Positions 59,894-64,000 of a stretch of 64,000 bases of DNA are shown in pieces. Origin of the DNA: Candidatus Kerfeldbacteria bacterium (lineage in GTDB: Bacteria; Patescibacteriota; Patescibacteriia; SBBC01; CAIJZX01). Under the pieces are notes generated by a model. That model was not told the origin of the DNA, searched no databases, and saw only the letters and a list, made by a program, of their open reading frames with translations. The stretch lies in NCBI GenBank assembly GCA_016193315.1, contig JACPSJ010000001.1, positions 155,981 through 219,980 on the forward strand. The letters run 5' to 3'. Each line of letters begins with the position of its first letter. Position 1 is the stretch's first letter. The translations under genes and the position numbers were made by a program.

Positions 59894-60532
59894 ATGCTGC
59901 GGATTCACGTCCGATGTGTCGGCCTCGCCCCGCTATTGATGAACCGGCCCGACCAGCAAGCGCTGGTCGAGTGCGTCGCCGGCAACGGCCGCTCGTCCCG
60001 TTCGGACCAGGAGGTCTTCGAGTCGAAGATCTACCGGGCGCCGGACGGACGGATCGCCCTGCCGCGGCCGATGCTCCTGGCCGTGCTGAAGAACGCCGGT
60101 CGCGAGGTCAAGCTCGGTCGCCAGAAGGTGACCACCCCCGAATCGACGCTGCTCAGCAGCCTGCTGAGCATCAAGGAGGAGTATCTCACCCTCGACGGCG
60201 GCCGGCCTGGTTCGGAGCCGCTGGTCGAGCGGGATTCCCGTCGGGCCATCCAGCGGCAGGGTCGGAAGCAGGAGCGGGTGCGGGCCGTCCGCCCGAAGAT
60301 CAAGCGGTGGGGATTCGAGGTGACGCTCTGCGTCAGTTCGCCCTCCCAGGCGCGGATCGCCCGCCAGCTGTTCGATGTCGCCGGGGCCGAGGGCTACCTC
60401 GGCGATTTCCATCCATCGTCCAAGTTTCGCAAGAAGCTCAAGGCGAACGGCTGGAAGGCTCCGTTCAATCGGTTCGCCGTGACCGAATGGGCGGTCGAGG
60501 CGGTGCTCGAGGAAGCGATGGCAGCGGTGTAG
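59894..60532 (+). CDS. Cas7/RAMP-like RNA-binding protein, paralog 2
   Basis: VRCVGLAPLLMN, IALP..MLLAVLK.AG, VRPKIKRWGF, GYLGDFHPSS..FNRF; GGAGG RBS; colinear with paralog 1. Confidence 0.72.
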   Translation: MLRIHVRCVGLAPLLMNRPDQQALVECVAGNGRSSRSDQEVFESKIYRAPDGRIALPRPMLLAVLKNAGREVKLGRQKVTTPESTLLSSLLSIKEEYLTLDGGRPGSEPLVERDSRRAIQRQGRKQERVRAVRPKIKRWGFEVTLCVSSPSQARIARQLFDVAGAEGYLGDFHPSSKFRKKLKANGWKAPFNRFAVTEWAVEAVLEEAMAAV

Positions 60533-60603
60533 ATCTGGTATTCTCGACGGCGCCGTTCTGATCAGGCCTGTCAGGGACCCGATCGCCACAACTACATGAT
60601 GTG

Positions 60604-60645
60604 TCCTTTGGAGCGTCAGGAGAAATTCCTGGCGCTTTCTTTTTC
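60604..60645 (+). terminator. array-type terminal motif after RAMP gene 2
   Basis: TCCTTTGG then AGCGTCAGGA..TCCTGGCGCT hairpin and T-tract. Confidence 0.6.
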
Positions 60646-60747
60646 GCCACAACAACTTGACAGCGAGCGTCTTTTCTGCTAGGCTGCTCGGTTGGTTAGC
60701 TGTCTTGTCGCTTGTCGTCACCGTCTCTCACAGCTACGGAGGCTTCC

Positions 60748-61071
60748 ATGTACATTCCCAAGCGAATTCTGCTCATGGTCGTGCTAGCGTTGGTGCTAGT
60801 GGGTACCACGGCCTTCACCCGTGTGCGACGCGCGACTACGGTCCCGAATGTGGAGATAATCTCCCTCGGGCTGAACGCCACGTTCGCCGACGGGAAGCCG
60901 ATTACCAAGCCGATCCGACTGGCTCTCCACCGCGTCGGCACGAAGCATCTCGGCGCACAGTACGTGGTGGTGACCGGGCAGCCCGACAGGAATGGCTTTA
61001 TGACTGTTACCGCCAAGGTCCCGGTTGACCCGAAGTTTCAACCGTTGGTGCGGCTGGCGCTTCAGAGATAA
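60748..61071 (+). CDS. small secreted/membrane hypothetical protein
   Basis: Promoter TTGACA-17-TAGGCT at 60657, GGAGG RBS, N-terminal hydrophobic helix. Confidence 0.6.
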   Translation: MYIPKRILLMVVLALVLVGTTAFTRVRRATTVPNVEIISLGLNATFADGKPITKPIRLALHRVGTKHLGAQYVVVTGQPDRNGFMTVTAKVPVDPKFQPLVRLALQR

Positions 61072-61081
61072 TGGAGGAATC

Positions 61082-61462
61082 GTGGACCACCCAACCTATA
61101 TTTATCTTCAGCCCGGCGAGCAAAACGAGCCGCGGCGAAGGCAGCTGGAAGCCAAGCTCGAGGCCTACCGGCGTCGGGTGGCCGAAGCCGGCGACAGTCC
61201 AAGCGGAGGCGTCGAACCGTTCTGGTTTTGGAACGACCGGGCCAAGCTGATCATCCTCGAGCGGTTGCTCAGAGACGGGCGGGTCGATCGGACCGAGCTG
61301 CATCGGGAACTCTGGCTCAATCATGCTACGAACCCGATCGTCAGATACTCGCACTGGCAGTACGGCAACCCCTTCCACACCGCCTTCGACGTGATATTCG
61401 ACTACGTTGAAACCGGCGGCGCGAACGTCATGGGAGGTTCTGGCCTGCCATCACCCCAGTGA
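61082..61462 (+). CDS. hypothetical protein
   Basis: GGAGG RBS before GTG 61082; 126 aa. Confidence 0.55.
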   Translation: MDHPTYIYLQPGEQNEPRRRQLEAKLEAYRRRVAEAGDSPSGGVEPFWFWNDRAKLIILERLLRDGRVDRTELHRELWLNHATNPIVRYSHWQYGNPFHTAFDVIFDYVETGGANVMGGSGLPSPQ

Positions 61463-61592
61463 GCTCCGTCAGAATGCTCCTTTGCCCCAAAGCTTTGCCA
61501 GTTGTCCCGCACAACTGGTTTTTTTCAACCAGCGATCTTTGACTTTTCTCCAGGGTTGTGCTATAGTAGTAAGAGAAAACAGAAAAAACCCC

Positions 61593-64000
61593 GTGGTGGA
61601 AGCAACAGACAAAAAGGAAAACACCCACCAGCGACACCGTCGGCATCTTCATATCCACATCGCCTGGACGACCGCGGCCTTGATTTTTTTTGGTTTGGGA
61701 GTTTTTCTTTCACTTCGGACGGAAGAGTTGCCGCGGGTGGAACGGCCGGCCGTGGTTCGGGCTGGCGAAAGCGGAACCGCCGCCTCAAACGAGTTGAGCA
61801 GTAGCTGCATTTTAACCCGAGCCGATTACGACGCCGACGGTCAGATTACCGAAACGGACGTCCAGCGGTACCTGAAGTATCGAGCGGCCCGAAGCACCGG
61901 TGCCGACCTCAATGCAGACGGGGCGAACGGAGACCTCCGCGACGACGCCTGCATGGAAGCCTTCTACTCGGCGGGCAAGCTGTGGCCGCAGATCGTGTCG
62001 CCTTCAGCCGGAGCCGAATTGCACGGCGTCGTGCCGCTCATCGCCGAGTCGTCAATTTTTCAAACCTTGGAGCGGTTGACGCTACGTTTCACCACCCCGG
62101 AGGGCACGACCTATGCCCGTGATTACCAAGTCAGCACGGTTCTCAATCCGGAGAATCACGAGGCGGTAGTTATTCCTTTCGACAGTTTAGCCATGGCCAA
62201 CGGCCGGGTGACGATCACCATCTGCCCGACCGGCGGAACGACCACGGAGTGCGCGCGACCGGTGGAGTACGTGGTTAAGAACACGGCCAAGATCCACGAA
62301 CCATCGTCCCAGGCCACCATCAGTGGCCAGCGGGCTAAATTCAGTGCGACCATCAGTGGGATTGTCACCTATGCCCGGTTTGAGATTCGTGCCACCTCCG
62401 GCGGTAGCTGCGGCGGCCAGTCGGCATTCTCCCTAACCACCTCAAAAGTCGACGGCAGCGGACGCCCATATTTCTACCTTGACACCACCGGCTGCACGAA
62501 CGGGGTCTACCTGGCTCGCCTGTCGTACCTGCCGATCTGGCAGACCTTCTATACGGCCGCCGGGAAATCCCCGGTGGCGGAAACTACCTTCACTGTCGCC
62601 AATGCGGTGACCACCACGAATAGTGCCAGTGATGCTGAAGAAGAATCAACCGCGGATACCACCAACACCTCCAATGCGTCCGACGGCAGTTCAACAACCA
62701 CTGACGAAGGAACAACCTCGACTGACGACAGCCAGCTCATTCACGACGACGATCAGCCAGACAACTCGACGACCACCACGCAGGCTTCCGACCTCACCGT
62801 CCCGGACATCACCAAGCCGAAAGCCAACACCAACCTCTACGAACTCAAGGCGGTCACCGGCCGGGTCAGCCGCGCTGACCGGGTCGGCTTGATCCTGAAA
62901 TACCACTCCGGTCTTGATAGCAGCGGGTGCAGTCTCAGCGGCGGCGACTACGTCATTCAGGAGCAGTCGGTGCCGATCGCTTCGGACGGAACATTCCGTC
63001 TCCCGGTACCGAAGGCGCTCAAGCCCGGGGTGTACGCCCTGGCCAGCGCGGCGTTTGACGACGGCCGCAGCGGCCCGACGAGAAGCCTCTGCTTCCGGGT
63101 ACTGAATCCATTGGTCAAATTAGCGACCGCCGATCAGGAACGCTTGTCAGGGAACGGTCGCCTCGACGCCTACGCCATCGGGCCGGTGAGCGCCGTGGAG
63201 TTCTATGCCGCCCAGGGCGATCTGCCGCCGCTGTTTGTTGGCCGGGCAAGTTCCTCGGTGTCGGGGAACGAGCGACTGTGGACGCTGGCTTTTGACACCC
63301 GCAACTATCAGCCCGGGACGTATCAGGTAACGGCCGAGGCCACCGCCTTGAACGGTGTGACGGTGACCAGCGCAACCATTGCCGTCACCATTGACAACCA
63401 GACGGAAAACGCCCCCCGCTCGAGCCTGACCGTCAGCCCGCCGACCATCGCTGACGAACCAGACGTGCCAGACGAAGTTGATGCCACGGAAGTTGAGCGT
63501 CAAACCGTCGCCACCCAGCCGAAGCCGGCCGCGACTCAGCCGATTGAACATCCTAAGCGAACGGGCACGGCGAACCCTGAGAAACTGAAAGTCCTGACCG
63601 TCGCTAATGTTGACCGAGCGGCGGAGGAAAAGCCGGTCCTCAAACTAACCGGTGTCGGGCCGCCGAACTCGATCGTTACCATCTTTATCTACTCGAATCC
63701 GATCGTCGTCACCACCCGCACCGACGCCAGCGGGAACTGGTCATACTCCCTCGACCGAAACCTGGTTGATGGGCAGCATGAGGTCTACGTCACCATCACC
63801 GACCAGACCGGGAAGATCGTCGAGAAAAGCAACCCGCTTAGTTTCTTCGTGGCTGAAGCGCGCGCGGTGAGTGAAGAAGAGTTCGTCCGGCGGGAAGTAC
63901 CGAGCACGCGACCGAGCGATACGTATCTGTTCCTCTATATCGCCGGCGCCAGCCTGATGGTTACCCTGACGATCCTCGTTTTCTTGCTGCTGAGGTTGAA
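61593..64000 (+). CDS. large surface protein with EF-hand/dockerin-like motif and Ig-like domains (runs off window; absent from ORF track)
   Basis: Promoter TTGACT-17-TATAGT at 61539; GTG 61593, TM, DYDADGQITETD, C-terminal Ig-like region and TM in the same frame at the window end; not every internal codon checked. Confidence 0.75.
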   Translation, partial: MVEATDKKENTHQRHRRHLHIHIAWTTAALIFFGLGVFLSLRTEELPRVERPAVVRAGESGTAASNELSSSCILTRADYDADGQITETDVQRYLKYRAARSTGADLNADGANGDLRDDACMEAFYSAGKLWPQIVSPSAGAELHGVVPLIAESSIFQTLERLTLRFTTPEGTTYARDYQVSTVLNPENHEAVVIPFDSLAMANGRVTITICPTGGTTTECARPVEYVVKNTAKIHEPSSQATISGQRAKFSATISGIVTYARFEIRATSGGSCGGQSAFSLTTSKVDGSGRPYFYLDTTGCTNGVYLARLSYLPIWQTFYTAAGKSPVAETTFTVANAVTTTNSASDAEEESTADTTNTSNASDGSSTTTDEGTTSTDDSQLIHDDDQPDNSTTTTQASDLTVPDITKPKANTNLYELKAVTGRVSRADRVGLILKYHSGLDSSGCSLSGGDYVIQEQSVPIASDGTFRLPVPKALKPGVYALASAAFDDGRSGPTRSLCFRVLNPLVKLATADQERLSGNGRLDAYAIGPVSAVEFYAAQGDLPPLFVGRASSSVSGNERLWTLAFDTRNYQPGTYQVTAEATALNGVTVTSATIAVTIDNQTENAPRSSLTVSPPTIADEPDVPDEVDATEVERQTVATQPKPAATQPIEHPKRTGTANPEKLKVLTVANVDRAAEEKPVLKLTGVGPPNSIVTIFIYSNPIVVTTRTDASGNWSYSLDRNLVDGQHEVYVTITDQTGKIVEKSNPLSFFVAEARAVSEEEFVRREVPSTRPSDTYLFLYIAGASLMVTLTILVFLLLRL

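Noticed and set aside
53685-60532. Standard type IV-A CRISPR-Cas
   Set aside because: No recognisable Csf1/Csf3/Cas6 or CRISPR repeats, and the RAMPs are only ~210 aa; kept as an analogy only.

Overview
Chromosomal window from a small-genome bacterium, most likely Patescibacteria/CPR (inferred from DUF5667/DUF5654-type genes, PilT, many genes without a Shine-Dalgarno site, and serine-recombinase tail relics). The first ~49 kb is mostly ordinary: an ECF sigma pair, four tRNAs, redox/metal operons, a zwf-gnd fusion, a DEAD-box helicase, a paralogous secreted-protein cluster, a two-component system, msrA, pilT and dsbA. The standout is ~50.4-60.7 kb, which holds about 45-48 tandem non-coding units in two blocks. 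Each unit is a sigma70 promoter (TTGACN-17 nt-TANNNT), a unique body with 5-nt periodicity (GGY/GCC-type triplet + variable dinucleotide), a CT(C/T)(T/C)TGG-like motif and a GC hairpin whose T-tract runs into the next unit's -35 box. A DinG/XPD Fe-S helicase sits between the blocks and two divergent Cas7/RAMP-like genes follow; there are no canonical CRISPR repeats or cas1/cas2. I read this as a candidate RNA-guided, non-CRISPR system with individually transcribed guides (function is inference). A second pattern is a dispersed structured element (GGGTCG...AACTGCTT hairpin...GACGGG) found in duplicated tRNA 3' fragments and after three degenerate copies of the msrA 5' end. All counts and alignments were made by eye.
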